Below, one piece after another: positions 37,005 through 48,588 of a stretch of 64,000 bases of DNA. Position 1 is the stretch's first letter; each line of letters starts with the position of its first letter. The stretch is taken from assembly GCA_011109175.1 (NCBI GenBank), contig RDEW01000040.1, positions 186,001-250,000 of the forward strand. Reading direction: 5' to 3'. The translations under genes were made by a program, and so were the position numbers. A model generated the notes under the pieces. That model was not told where the DNA came from and ran no database searches. It saw only the letters and a list, made by a program, of their open reading frames with translations. The stretch comes from Dicyema japonicum (lineage: Eukaryota > Animalia > Dicyemida).

Positions 37005-37170
37005 ATAATGATTATAAAAATTTGAATATTTACTTTTAAATTTTCAAATTATTCATAAACGAATAATAATTAAATATTTACATTTTAACCAAAAAAAATT
37101 AGCTTTTGTGGCAAGAAAGTAGCGGTCATCATCTCAATTAGTACCCATATTTTTCATTAAAAACAACAAG
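37005..37170. repeat. AT-rich dispersed repeat module A (second copy at 38470-38630)
   Basis: Shared ATTCATAAACGAATAATAATTAAATATTTACATTTTAA..CAAGAAAGT.GCGGTCATCATCTCAATTAGTACC. Confidence 0.85.
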
Positions 37171-37179
37171 GAAAAACTG

Positions 37180-38120
37180 ATCTCTCATCCAGATACAGTC
37201 AAAAATTACCAAAAATACATCTGCTCTCATCTGAAGGACACAACAGTAGGAATTTCGTTGATCGCACAATGAATGTAATAAACAAAGCAGCAAACCAGTG
37301 ACTCGGCACGCAGGAGTTAAAAGAAATCCATACAAAAAACTAAACGAAAAAGACTATAACAAGAGATTAGTCTTAGAAAAATCAGGAAACTGAACAAGAC
37401 ACTCCACCAAAAAGAACAGTATCGCAAAATCAATGAAGTAACCAAACTAGAAGATAATTCACAAATGTATATGGCCGCACCTCTATTGCACTATGTATTA
37501 TTCGTATTCCTTATCAACTTTCCGTTCACTCTGGGATCATTCAATTGCAGAGGACATGTAAAACCTTACAAGAAACACCAACTGGTATGCGATCTAACCA
37601 AATATGACGTCTCTGTCTGCTGTCTACAAGAGACAAAAACGACCATACAATGTACAGAACTGTTTGGTAAATTCCATCTTTTTATCCTCCCGTCGGCCTG
37701 CCGACATTATGGTCTCGGATTTGCAGTCCATCAGGACCTGATTCACTACGTTACAAGAGTGTGGACATCGTCTGGTATAGTTGGAACGTTAAAAATTGAA
37801 GAATGGATAACGATGCCAATATACAGAGGTATCCAGTATATGATGGTCTGGATACTTCGAAATACTGTGTAGTAGAGCAAAATTATCCGATTTATTCTAT
37901 AGAACATGTAAATGGCAACGAAATTATGGAAGGAATACATATTTCCAGACTTGAACATATTAAATAATTTTTTATAGTTAAACATTTAATATTAGGTATA
38001 CGAACAGTATGGAAGCAATAACCGAGGGCACTAAAGAATCAAATCACAGTGGAAGAAGTGGAATCAGCTCTAAATAAATTGAGGAATAACAAGAGTGCAG
38101 GGCCAGACAACAATAAAGTT
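37180..38120 (+). mobile_element. Rearranged RTE-clade LINE fragments (linker, APE, RT start)
   Basis: LGSFNCRG..VCCLQETK..HYGLGFAV and ITVEEVESALNKLRNNKSAGPD. Confidence 0.75.
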
Positions 38121-38639
38121 ACCAAATAATAAAAAACATCATATTTTTGATTAAAATATAATTTTTTCAAATAAGAAATTTGAATAACTGATAAAATAGG
38201 TAAAATGAAATAGTGGAGAATAATCAATATTTATTGGTTAACAAAAATATTAGATACTTTGGTATTATACTTCAGAATATGTTGTAGTGCTAAATGGAGG
38301 AACAAAAGGTAAATGGGTACTGCATTACACCATCTGAACAGTTATTTCACAAAATTCATATGGAGACAGAGGCATTAGAACACTGAATTCAAAACAATAT
38401 TGGTAGCAATAAGAAATTATCGACCCACAACAACAATAACAACTATAAAATTTGATTATAAAAAAAAATGATTATAAAATTTGATTATTTACTATTAAAT
38501 TTTCAATTTATTCATAAACGAATAATAATTAAATATTTACATTTTAAACCAAAAAAATTAGCATATATTACTTTTGCTTCAAGAAAGTGGCGGTCATCAT
38601 CTCAATTAGTACCAATTTTTCATTAAAAATGTAATTTTT

Positions 38640-38930
38640 TTTGAAAAAGTGATCAGTGTAAATACCGAAAAATCAAATAGTGGAGAATAATCCATATTTA
38701 TTGGTTAACAAAATATATATATATTAGACATTTTGATAATAGACTTCAACACTATTTGATGAATCCAATAATATATAATATTGAAGAAATGTATGACAAT
38801 ACAACATTAAAATAGGATAAAAATCAAAACAAGAAACCAACCACAAGATTCGTGGCAATTGCACGCCGAATAAGAACTAATGTAATAATAGGTTCGCCAT
38901 ATTGTAAAACAATTTTTTAAAATAAATATT
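38640..38930. repeat. AT-rich dispersed repeat module B (inverted copy at 44530-44850; partial copies at 38200-38280 and 45420-45450)
   Basis: About 300 nt reverse-complement match to 44530-44850, including AGACATTTTGATAATAGACTTCAACACTATTTGATGAATCCAATAA. Confidence 0.85.
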
Positions 38931-39937
38931 TATTTAAATTATTTTTAAAATCAAAGAAAATCCAATTGTTGTTAATTAACACTATGCAAGCTGAATTCTC
39001 CTTTTCTTTGGACATTGGGCCGGGTGGCTTAGTGGTTAGGTGTCGGGCTTAAGTGGCTTAGGCTACGGGTTCGAATCTCGCTGCTGTTCACCTGGTGGAA
39101 GGTTCCACGCATCTACGATGCAGAAATGGTTTGACGAGTGACGCCGTCATCAGTGAATACTCACTGCGGAACTGGATTGTCTAGAAAGGACACTCACACA
39201 AGAAAGAAAAAAGAAGTGAAGATCATTCCTTGGTTCTACGATTAGTTAAAATTAACTGTTCTTTACTTAAATAAAGTGTGTGTCTTGCCTATGCGGAGCT
39301 ATAAAATACTATGGCTCTCGTGAAAAGGCTTTATTATTATTATTATTTTGGACATTGGCCCTTTGTATCACTCTCACTGTTCTCCTCGTATACCACTTGA
39401 GAAAGCAAATCACTAGACAAGACAGCTGTTTTTCTTGATTCCTCTTCTACGTCACCTCCGAGTTCAGAGCCTCTTGAGATAAGATGCTTAGTCACTCTTT
39501 AACCTCATCATCATAGTTATCAACTTTCAGTCCATGTCTATGCTCGATTATCATGCTCTCTAAAGTTTTTTTAATCGTCATTGATTGGATGTACGCCCTT
39601 GTAGAGACATCCACGTTGAGTCTTTCCATATAGGACTTGTAGTACTTTGTTACTACTCCATCCCATGTCAAAACAATTGGAATTATTGTCACCTTGGCCT
39701 TGTGAATTTGTGTTAGTTCTCCTGCCAAAGGTCGTATTTGTGAAGTTTTTCCACTTCAACATGTTTTAGCAAATCTTGGGAAGTGATCCCTACTTCTATT
39801 AGTATTATTTCGTTTTTGGATTTATCGTGTACGAAAATATCAGGTTTGTTATTTTTAACTTGTATATCCGTTTGTAGTGTTGTATCGACTCGTATTTCAA
39901 CTTTACTGTTTGACACAATCGATTGGACTGTATGCGT
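38928..39937 (-). mobile_element. 5'-truncated R4-like copy (third subfamily) interrupted by a SINE
   Basis: VEIRVDT..NNKPDIFVHDK..IEVGITS..TWDGVV; C-terminal CPKKRRIQLA split by the SINE; approximate TSD TTTTAAAA(A)TAAAT on both sides. Confidence 0.9.
39019..39346 (+). mobile_element. tRNA-derived SINE, 328 bp, (TTA)n tail
   Basis: A box TGGCTTAGTGG 39025-39035, B box GGTTCGAATC 39068-39077, 12-bp TSD TTTGGACATTGG (39007-39018, 39347-39358). Confidence 0.92.
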
Positions 39938-39949
39938 TTTAAAAATAAA

Positions 39950-41860
39950 TGTGACCGGTTGAATACGAGCCGAGGTTGAATACGAGTCGTTAAACGAGCC
40001 GCTAAAAGCGTTATACGTGGCCCAGGTTGAATACGAGCCGTTAAATACGTTATACGTGGTTAAAGCCGTTAGAAATCAATATTTTTTAATGAAAAAAAAT
40101 CAATAAATTAATTAATTCCTATCTTTACAATGATTAATTTCTCATAAATATTCATTTTCTTAAAGGCTTACATCATATAAAATAGTAATAGATTTTTGCT
40201 CACGCTTGTTTTTGTTTTTTGTTATGAAGGTTGTCTATTTTACTCTGCTACAAAAGCAAAAAATAATAACCTATCTAAGATATCAAATTTTACCATCCAA
40301 TTTGCTGAAGGAGAAACGAAATTTCATAAGAACTGCGTTATTATTCAGACTAAGACTCATTGTTACTAACAATCCCTTGGACCTCCAAAGTAACAACCAT
40401 CAATGTACTCAAACGGGTAGAGACTGACATTTCGCTAGAGGGAAGAATCGTAAAACACAGAGTGGCGTTCTTTGGGCATGTTGTCCGCTCTGATTCACTG
40501 GAAAGAACCATTATGCTGAGCAATATTACTGGGAAGAGAAGACCTGGCCGACCAAGGACTATATACGGTGGAAGACGTCACGGGAATGCCTATATCAAGG
40601 CTACTCCAAATTGCAACGGATCGGGGGTGAGTGGAGGAAACTCGTTCATGAGATCTCCAAGGGTCGGACACGACTAAATCGGACAACATAACATAAGACT
40701 CATTGCCGGCTTAACTATTTTTTTCTAAACAAGTGGAATTTTAGGCACGTGTTCGCTGTGAAGAAGATGAACGGAAGAGGATATTAATTGAAAATGTTCA
40801 CTTCAAAAAATGGACATTCTTGTCGTGATAAACTTCTTTCTCTTCTAAAGAATCTAGTCTATGGGTCTTGCAGAGATGAAGTTATGGTTGTTCTCAGGTC
40901 TTGTTCACAATATCTGACAAGACGCTTATGAACACTCGACCAACTATAACACCTATCAGAGCATATACAGTGAGAGAAAGGTACAGTTATCTATTCTAAT
41001 ATCAGGTATATTTTTGATTTAGTTGATCTACGACACTATTCAAATTTCAATGATAATTTTTGCTGGCTTTTGGATGGATTCCTTTTCCAAATTTTACTGG
41101 ACAAGACCTCTAAAGAGTAAATCGGCTACGGAGGTGTCAAGTGCAATAAAGAGCATAATTTTAATGTTTGGAAAACCAACCATTTTGCACACGGATAATG
41201 GCAAGGAATTTGTAAATGAAAAACTGTTCAAGTTATGCTCAACATTTGGTATAAAACACGTCAGGGGACGTCCTAGGTGTCTTTGCGTCCAGGTACAAGT
41301 CGAGCGTCTGAATCAGACATTGAAATTTATGATTTCTTCAACCTGCTTTTTAAAGAATTTGAATTTCAAATGGATAGACATAATTGAAGAAATTACAAGT
41401 TCCTATAATTCTGTCCAGCATTCAACAATTTTGCACGCTCCTTTTAAATTATGTTCGGAGCTTCTGCCAATGAAACCATAAATAAGCATAAATCAGAAGA
41501 GGAAATGAATGAAATATTCAAGCAAATTGAATCATGGAATGAAGAAACACAAACTGAAGCAACTGAATATCTTGCTTGGTTTTGGTCATCAATTGAAACT
41601 TCGAGAACAAAAGCAATTTTAAATTCAAACAATGCTGAAAGAAAAATGTTAACAAAAAGAATGTGGAAGAATGATATTTCTATTTTTAACATCGGTGATC
41701 AAGTTGTTAGAAGGGTCTATCTTGATACTAATAAAAAACACAAAAAAATGGTTTAAACGACACATTGATACATTCATAAATCATGTAAAAGGAGTATCTG
41801 CCACAGAAATGATAGATCTAAAAGGAGAAGATGGTAGTGTGATTCAAAAAAATTGAAGAC
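39950..41860 (+). mobile_element. Ginger2/TDD-like (retroviral-type DDE integrase) DNA transposon; right end not found
   Basis: Starts TGT with subterminal repeats; GH.CRDK, RER|YIFDLVDL, DSFSKF, HTDNGKEF, RGRP..VERLNQTLK; 25-nt intron at 40981-41005. Confidence 0.82.
40363..40693 (+). mobile_element. 5'-truncated BovB-like RTE LINE
   Basis: IPWTSKVT..FFGHVVRSDSLERTIML..GKRRPGRPR and 3' GGGTCGGACACGACT; TSD TAAGACTCATTG (40351-40362, 40694-40705). Confidence 0.9.
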
Positions 41861-42080
41861 TTAGCGAGACTTTCTTATTATTTTAGGGTAAATCTGATCA
41901 TCAATAACGTTGAGATCATTTATAATATTATTAGAGTTAGGAAAACTTAGGGATATTAGAGTTATACAACAAACAGAAAGTAAGAAACTAACAATTTGAC
42001 GAGACACAGCTGTAATACACAAAATAAATTGAAATAGCGAAAATCACCAATGTAACTAAGAGAAAAAGTATCCATTAACT

Positions 42081-42118
42081 CAGGGGTGTCGAACTCATTT
42101 TCCTTTGAGGGCCGCATT
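42081..42118 (+). mobile_element. Isolated hAT-type terminal sequence
   Basis: CAGGGGTGTCGAACTC..GAGGGCCGCAT resembles Charlie/SPIN-type ends; a similar end CAGGGATTCTCAAC lies at 53572-53585. Confidence 0.5.
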
Positions 42119-42124
42119 GACAAG

Positions 42125-42840
42125 CTGATAGTCGGCTCGATATACTGGTTGTAGAGATGCTCCAATGCCGAGTTGTAAGATTTTCTGTAATGTCCAAGGA
42201 GGACCTTCAAGAAGTTTCTTTGAAAAGAAGATAGCATGTTATTTAATGCGTCCCGAAAATCATCAGGAAAAGTCATTTAGAAAACGTTTTTCTGTTCCAT
42301 TGGCGAAGGCCACGATCAATATGAAGTCGGAGGCTACATCACAAATTAGATGTGGCTTCTACATCGGGACGAACAAGATTTTTTGTAAATGGATGAGAGG
42401 AGGACCACCAATCTGCTACAGTTGTCAGCAAATCGGCCACTTTGCATACCAGTGCACGGGAAAGAAAAAAATGCTTCCGTTGTGGGGGAGAACTCGACAC
42501 CACCAAGTGTGATGCGGATCCAATTCTTGAACGAAAATGTGTTAACTGCAAGTCAACAAGACACGGCGCAAGATACGAAGGATGCCCTGTAATTATGGAG
42601 GCCAGACGAAAGTTAAACTCCCGAATCGACAAAAGGGAACAGAAACAGACGGATATAATAACCAAGAAATTTGAACCGCCAACCCAAAAAAGGATAATTG
42701 GCCCAAGTACTAACAAGTACGAAGCTGCACTCCTCCACGAGAGTCGGCCTGGCTACCGAAGAAAAAGTTATCAGGGAGTATTACAAAAGAACTAAAGGAA
42801 ATAGTATCAAGACTGAAGGAACTAACTAACATACTCGGAG
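42125..42840 (+). mobile_element. LINE ORF1 (gag-like) with three zinc knuckles
   Basis: CYSCQQIGHFAYQC, CFRCGG..C, CVNCKSTRHGARYEGCP; one homopolymer frameshift near 42470. Confidence 0.85.
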
Positions 42841-42869
42841 TGGATTTACGCAATAGTGGCTTAGGTGTG

Positions 42870-44480
42870 GCTTAAGTTTTTAGGTGAATAGAAGATACTT
42901 TGTCAGGCCCGCACGCCCGTGAGCTCTTTAATCTGGTGATCACATCCAAGACTTGGTCATCTGTGAATATTTCGTGGTAAAGTTCCTTCTTCAGTTTATG
43001 GACACGTACCTTAATTTCTAGGTGTTTAGAGAATGGTTTGAAGCTAATTCCAGCGTAATGTTTCATAAGGGTGTTAGGATGTAGGTGGCATAAGTGTTCA
43101 GAAAACTTTCCGGTTTCGTCTGCATCATCCAGCTCCGACTTGACTTTTTTAAGAGTTTGCTAGAAATCGGGATGTACTATTCATGTCGAGGTGGTTAACT
43201 AGATGCTGCCATATCTTGTCCTTGTGTTCTTTCGTGTTCTGACAGATCCTTTTATTTATTCGTCTGAAGGCTGTTAAAGACTTCATGTCCAACAGGTGGC
43301 ATCTCTTCAGCCGGTCTCTCTGTTTTATAAGACTTATTGTATAAGAGCTGAGGGTAGGAATAAACTTCTTATATGACGATATAGGAATAAAAATATGGTC
43401 AGCTTTCTGAATGGCAGCGATGATAATTTCTGCGGCCTCATCAATAGAGCTTATTGGGGAAAATAATTTCCGGGCCAAAAATTTATCCACAAGGTTACTG
43501 AAACCGGACCAGTCAACCTTCGTATAATCCTTGAATCTTTTTGATTCCGCCGGCCGTCTCTCGTATCGTCGAAGACCTCTCAATTTTAGAAGGATTGGAT
43601 TGTGGTCACTGGAAAGCCGTAAAAGACGTTCCAAGAAATGAGTGCAGCCAGAGAAGGTGAGCACTATGCTATAGTGTTAAGTCGGGGATGTGCAGCTATC
43701 AGTCATCCTTAATGTGTATGTGAGTTAGGGTTGTTCAGTATAATCAGGTCAGAAAGATAATTTGCAACGAGTTCTCGGTTATCAGAAGATTGGGAAGTGA
43801 GCCAAACTGGATGTCGTGCATTAAGATCCCCACATAACACTAGATTTTTCAATGTTGAAATTCGTGATAAATCAGGGGTGTAAGATGACGGACACGATCC
43901 TTGTGGAGGAATATATAAATTAGCCAAATGGATCCAAAAGGACAGGAATAAATCGATTTTGACAGTAATCTGCTCCAAAGTATTGTCGGTGCCAAGAAGC
44001 TCTGAGGTTCGTTGAGTTGTATCTATAAAGGAAATATCGTTCTTTATAATAGTAAGTAGTCCTCCTCCGCGTCTTCCCTGACGATCTTTACGGATCACTG
44101 TGTATCCGGGAAAAGAGGGTGTTGGTATGGAGGGAGATAGCTTGGACTCCTGTATTAAAGAGAGATCAGCCTCATTTTCGCGGAGGAGTGCCCGGAGTTC
44201 GAAGATTTTCTTCCTGATCCCATTCGTATACAGTTGTATAATTGTAAAACCTCTCCATGGACCATGATTGGATTTTGACGTCTCCACATAGAAGAATCAA
44301 AAGTCTGGACAAATGGAGACACCAGACAGGGTCGAAGACACAGGAGATGAAAGGACCACCGGACGGTGAGGAGAAGCTGTTGGCTCTTTTCGTTCCTTTT
44401 TAATGGGTGACACCATTTCTGGTGAGCCACATGACACCACGCTAACAACATATTTCACGCTAACAACATAATTCATCAAT
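42870..44480 (-). mobile_element. Ingi-like LINE 5' half (2A-like motif, APE, RT start)
   Basis: QLYTNGIRKK..LIQESKL, ANLYIPP, GDLNARH, SSDHNPIL, LKSSRACGPD. Confidence 0.87.
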
Positions 44481-45019
44481 TATAGTTAGATTTATTAATT
44501 AAAGTGAAATTTTGACAAATTTATATTAATATAATGTTTATTTATTTTTAAAAACTGTTTTACAATATGGCTAACCTATTGATACATTATCATATTATTC
44601 GGCGTGCAGTTGCCACGTTCTTGTGGTTGGTTGTTTCTTTTTTTAATATATTTTGTCTATTTCTGTTCTATTGTCATACATTTTCTTCAATATTATATAT
44701 ATTATTGGATTCATCAAATAGTGTTGAAGTCTATTATCAAAATGTCTAATATATGTATTTTGTTAATCAATAAATATGGATTATTCTCAACTATTTGATT
44801 TTTCGGTATTTACACTGATCAGTTTTTCAATTTTTTTCTTATTTGTAAAAATATAGATGATCTCTGTTGCAATCGCGGGATGAACGCAAGCCGATAATGT
44901 TGGCGGGGTACACTTTGGATGGATGGCTGTGTTAATTAATTATTAATTTGTAGAATTTTAATTCTAAATATGAGATGAAGACCACTTTTCTCTCGAAAAT
45001 CAATATATGCTAATTTTAA

Positions 45020-45320
45020 TAATTAATCAAAAATCAATATATGCTTCTTATCAAAATTCTTCTCAAGTCCAGCAGCTTCAGAGAAATCATTAACTTGATT
45101 CATCAATCTAAACAATGTATCCTCTTTATGGGAAAATATTTTTAAATCCTCCATAAACAATTGAAGGTAAGGGTAGAAAACCAGAAAGGATTATTCAAAT
45201 ACGTATTAGACATATGTGCTATAGAGGGACGTCACCACCTCAACCAACAAACAATAGATGATTTGCTGCGTATGTTAGTGACATCCAATCTGGATTGTTA
45301 ATTATCACATTCGGAATTTT
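45020..45320 (-). mobile_element. R4-like RT fragment interrupted by an 87-nt insertion
   Basis: TYAANHLL|FMEDLKIFSH..AGLEKNFDK; duplication AAACAAT at 45155-45161 and 45249-45255. Confidence 0.7.
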
Positions 45321-45689
45321 TTATTTAATAATTTGCTTAACACATCCATCACAAGGACAGAGATATTTTGTTAACGGATAAACATAGATTATTATACATT
45401 ATTTCATTTCTCGGAATTTATCAGTTTTTCAATTTTTTCTTATTTATGAAAATTATATTTAATCAAAAAATGATAGTCATTATTATTTGGTAGCTTTTTT
45501 TAAAGTGGATGAGAAAGAAAACCAGTTGATCGATAAAACATTGCTGATTATCATATGATCAGGAATTAATGAGGAAACATTGTTCAGGTGTCTCCAAATT
45601 ACAATTTAACCATTATTGAATTTTTGTCCTTCATGTTGACTGCATGTTGTTTTGCTTTTCTTCGTTTATTCTAACGGTTTATAATAGCA

Positions 45690-45850
45690 CTTTCACGAGA
45701 GCCATATTATTTGTTGTCCAGGATTAGCAAAAAAGACAAGAGTTACTTTGTTCAAGGTTTTTCTGTTCTTAGTCAGATCCCTCAGAGTGTCCAGGTCATC
45801 AGCAGATGCTAGTGTTTTCTTTGTGTTTTTCAGATCTACCGGCGTATATT
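45690..45850 (-). mobile_element. RTE-clade LINE 3' end sharing its terminus with the SINE
   Basis: DLDTLRDL..NR C-terminal motif followed by ATGGCTCTCGTGAAAGTGCT. Confidence 0.65.
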
Positions 45851-46049
45851 CGAAAAACTGTTTAAATATTTTATGTCTCCCGAAAATGTTTAATTTTATT
45901 TTCTAAGAAAAAAACATATTTGAATTTTGTTCCATTATCCGTTTGAAGAAATTGACAAAATCCGATTTAGCAGATTTCAACAAATCGATAATTTTTATAA
46001 TTTGAAATTTTTCATAATTTTTTGCAATTTCGCTTCATTAATGCCAACA

Positions 46050-47850
46050 AAAAATGATAATGACTCTGTTAGAAGAATTTCCCATTGGAGGAAATAACAA
46101 GAGTCTTGAAATGTGCAAGATGACAAGGCACTCCAATCTCTTCTATATAGTATCATGAACTCGTTCATCTTATCGCAGATCTCAACGAACTCTATTTTGG
46201 CCCAATCACTCTTGACTTGTCACACAAGATCGCGTGTTCGATCATTTTTCCAGATTCAAACTAGTTGTTTTCATCGGTGTATTCTATTGATCATAGAAGA
46301 TTGGCGGTGGGGATCATTCTTTCAGATATTGAATGCATGTATGGAATCTCTTCATCTTAGTAACTAATCAGGGACGTATATGAACGGTTTATCACACCGC
46401 AAACGCGTGACTAAGGGTGTGGCAGCGTACAGTGAAGTAATTTGGTGAAAACAATTCTCATGCTAATATATCTGGCAAAATTTAGTATCATAATTAGAAG
46501 ATTATGATTAACCACATTGGTGACATTGTGTATGTTTTGAAATTCCATTTATTACAATGTTTTGTTAACCGAATAACACAAATTATTATAACCCGGTTCA
46601 TCCTTAGAACGACTGTCCGAAGTGAAAATGGTACAAATAGACTTTGTAAGTCGATTGCTAACAATCCAATCATGGACAATGTTTAATTTTGCCTGATTCT
46701 TAAAGGATGTGACTTGCGTCGAACGTTTCCGTATTGTAATTCCTACACGTCTGCGTAGGATGGGGAACACAGAAAAAAGTTATTTTCGAGTGACTTTGTC
46801 TTCAATTTTTTATTATTGTCCAAAAGGGGGAAGTTTGATCTCAAATTTGTACCAAGAAGCTCTGAGGTTCGTTGAGTTGTATCCATAAAAGGAATATTTC
46901 TGGTGGTTGAAAAACTCATCTTTAGGGGTTGGTTACCTGAAGACCATTTTCAAGAATTTGTGTTGTACATCACCGAGATGTTCCATTACTATGGTTATCG
47001 GTGTCAAACATTTTTGTTGTTAGAGTCTTCCTCGGTATCGAATCATCGCCTTTTGATATCAAGAGCGACAAGAACTGTTCTTTTATGTGGTTTTGAGTAG
47101 TTCAATCCATCCGAAATGAACTGAGTTAGTTTTGTTAGATGTGTGAAGTTGAGTATCCCGATCTGAATCCATGTTGGAAACTTGCAAGATCAAGCGAATG
47201 AGTAATCTTGTACAGGACTAATATGGTCTGTGGCTTTAACTGATTTAAAATTTCATAAGTGTGTCATGATTAATTCCTGGTGTGTGTTGTATGGGAATCT
47301 TTTTGAGTTTCTGTAGTTTTCTTCATAAGGATGATGTCTCTTTGTTGCCCATTTTTTCTTTTTATTTCTGTTTCTTTTGCTAATTTCCAATTCAGATCTG
47401 TAATAACAGTATTCAATGATGTTGTTTTATCTTTAGTTTTCTTTAGTTTATTTCTTCTTGCAATAAGCCTTGTCTGTGTAGAATTTATCTGAAAATGTCT
47501 TGAATCGCCTCATTTGAATAAACTTTTTTCGGGCTTGCAAAATTTTTTCATTAATTTTGGTCTTTCCGGAGCACGTAGTATCCAGGAAACGTTGGAGCTG
47601 AATCTTTATGAGTAAGCTTTGAGTCTTGAATTAAAGAGATATCCACTAGTTGGACTGAAAAAAATCGTTGTTCGAATTCCATTTATGTTGATTTGGCAAA
47701 TAATCAATGGGGGTCCTGGATAAGGTTTGACATTGCCGGAAATAAGTTGTAATGCACGACACCATCCACGTCTCAATGAAGAAGGATAGGATTTTGCGGC
47801 TTTTTTCACATAAATTGTGCAATGCCACCACATCGTAGGTGTGCCACGCG
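46050..47850 (-). mobile_element. Internally deleted Ingi-like LINE (2A-like motif at the 5' end)
   Basis: ALQLISGNVKPYPGP in frame with ICQININGIRT; downstream RT-thumb and C-terminal remnants. Confidence 0.68.
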
Positions 47851-48129
47851 ACATTTCCACGTTTTAATTTAATTACTTAGTTTTTCTTGTTAATTAATTA
47901 CTTAGTTTTTAGATATATCTAATAGTAGTTGCTGTTAAGAGCTGAATGTGGCTGATTTTTTTGCTTGTTCGTTCGGGACACATTGATGACGCATAGACAT
48001 AGCTGACAAATGGCTCAATGAATTGTTTATACAATAATTTAAATACTGGAAAAGGGGTCTTAATGACACCAATAATAGGTTTAATTATCACTAGATTTCT
48101 TGAGCAACTTCCGACTGCCGTCAAAGTGA

Positions 48130-48575
48130 GAGGAAAATGACATGTGTTTGCCGATGGTTATTCCCAAGATTTTCAATTTCTTCGTGAAATGTATTTTTTC
48201 TGGTTAATAAATATATTTTTCTAAGTCGTTTGTCTTAGGTAAATAAGGCCGAAGATGATTTTTAGTAGATATATCAAGCCGATTATAATTTAGCCAAATT
48301 ATATCTTGTGAAGGTATTCCTGTAGTCTTTCTGATGTCTTTGAGACTACATTGGGTAGTAAGCAATCTTGAAACTGATTTGGTCCTATCCATGTGTACCC
48401 AGGCCCTTCTTTATTGATGAAGTTAGCAAGCCAGAGTTTTATATTGGGGTTGACGGAAGGGCCAAACAATTTTCTGGTTAGGATTTACCTGGAGACAGAG
48501 GCCTTTTTTAAATCGATCGAGCACACGACGGTTTTGAGGTGGCAGGATTTGTGTTAAAGTCTTCTAGGATAAATT
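48130..48575 (-). mobile_element. Ingi/I-group RT fragments
   Basis: KTVVCSIDLKKA motif; the SINE at 48589 is inserted directly upstream. Confidence 0.65.
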
Positions 48576-48588
48576 GGTTGAGGGCAGT

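Noticed and set aside
38845-38885. Helitron 3' end (hairpin plus CTAA)
   Set aside because: Similarity to the 44530 copy extends past the putative terminus, so it is not an element end
39019-39085. tRNA gene
   Set aside because: Only A/B boxes and no convincing cloverleaf; it continues into a SINE body, tail and TSD, with a second dispersed copy
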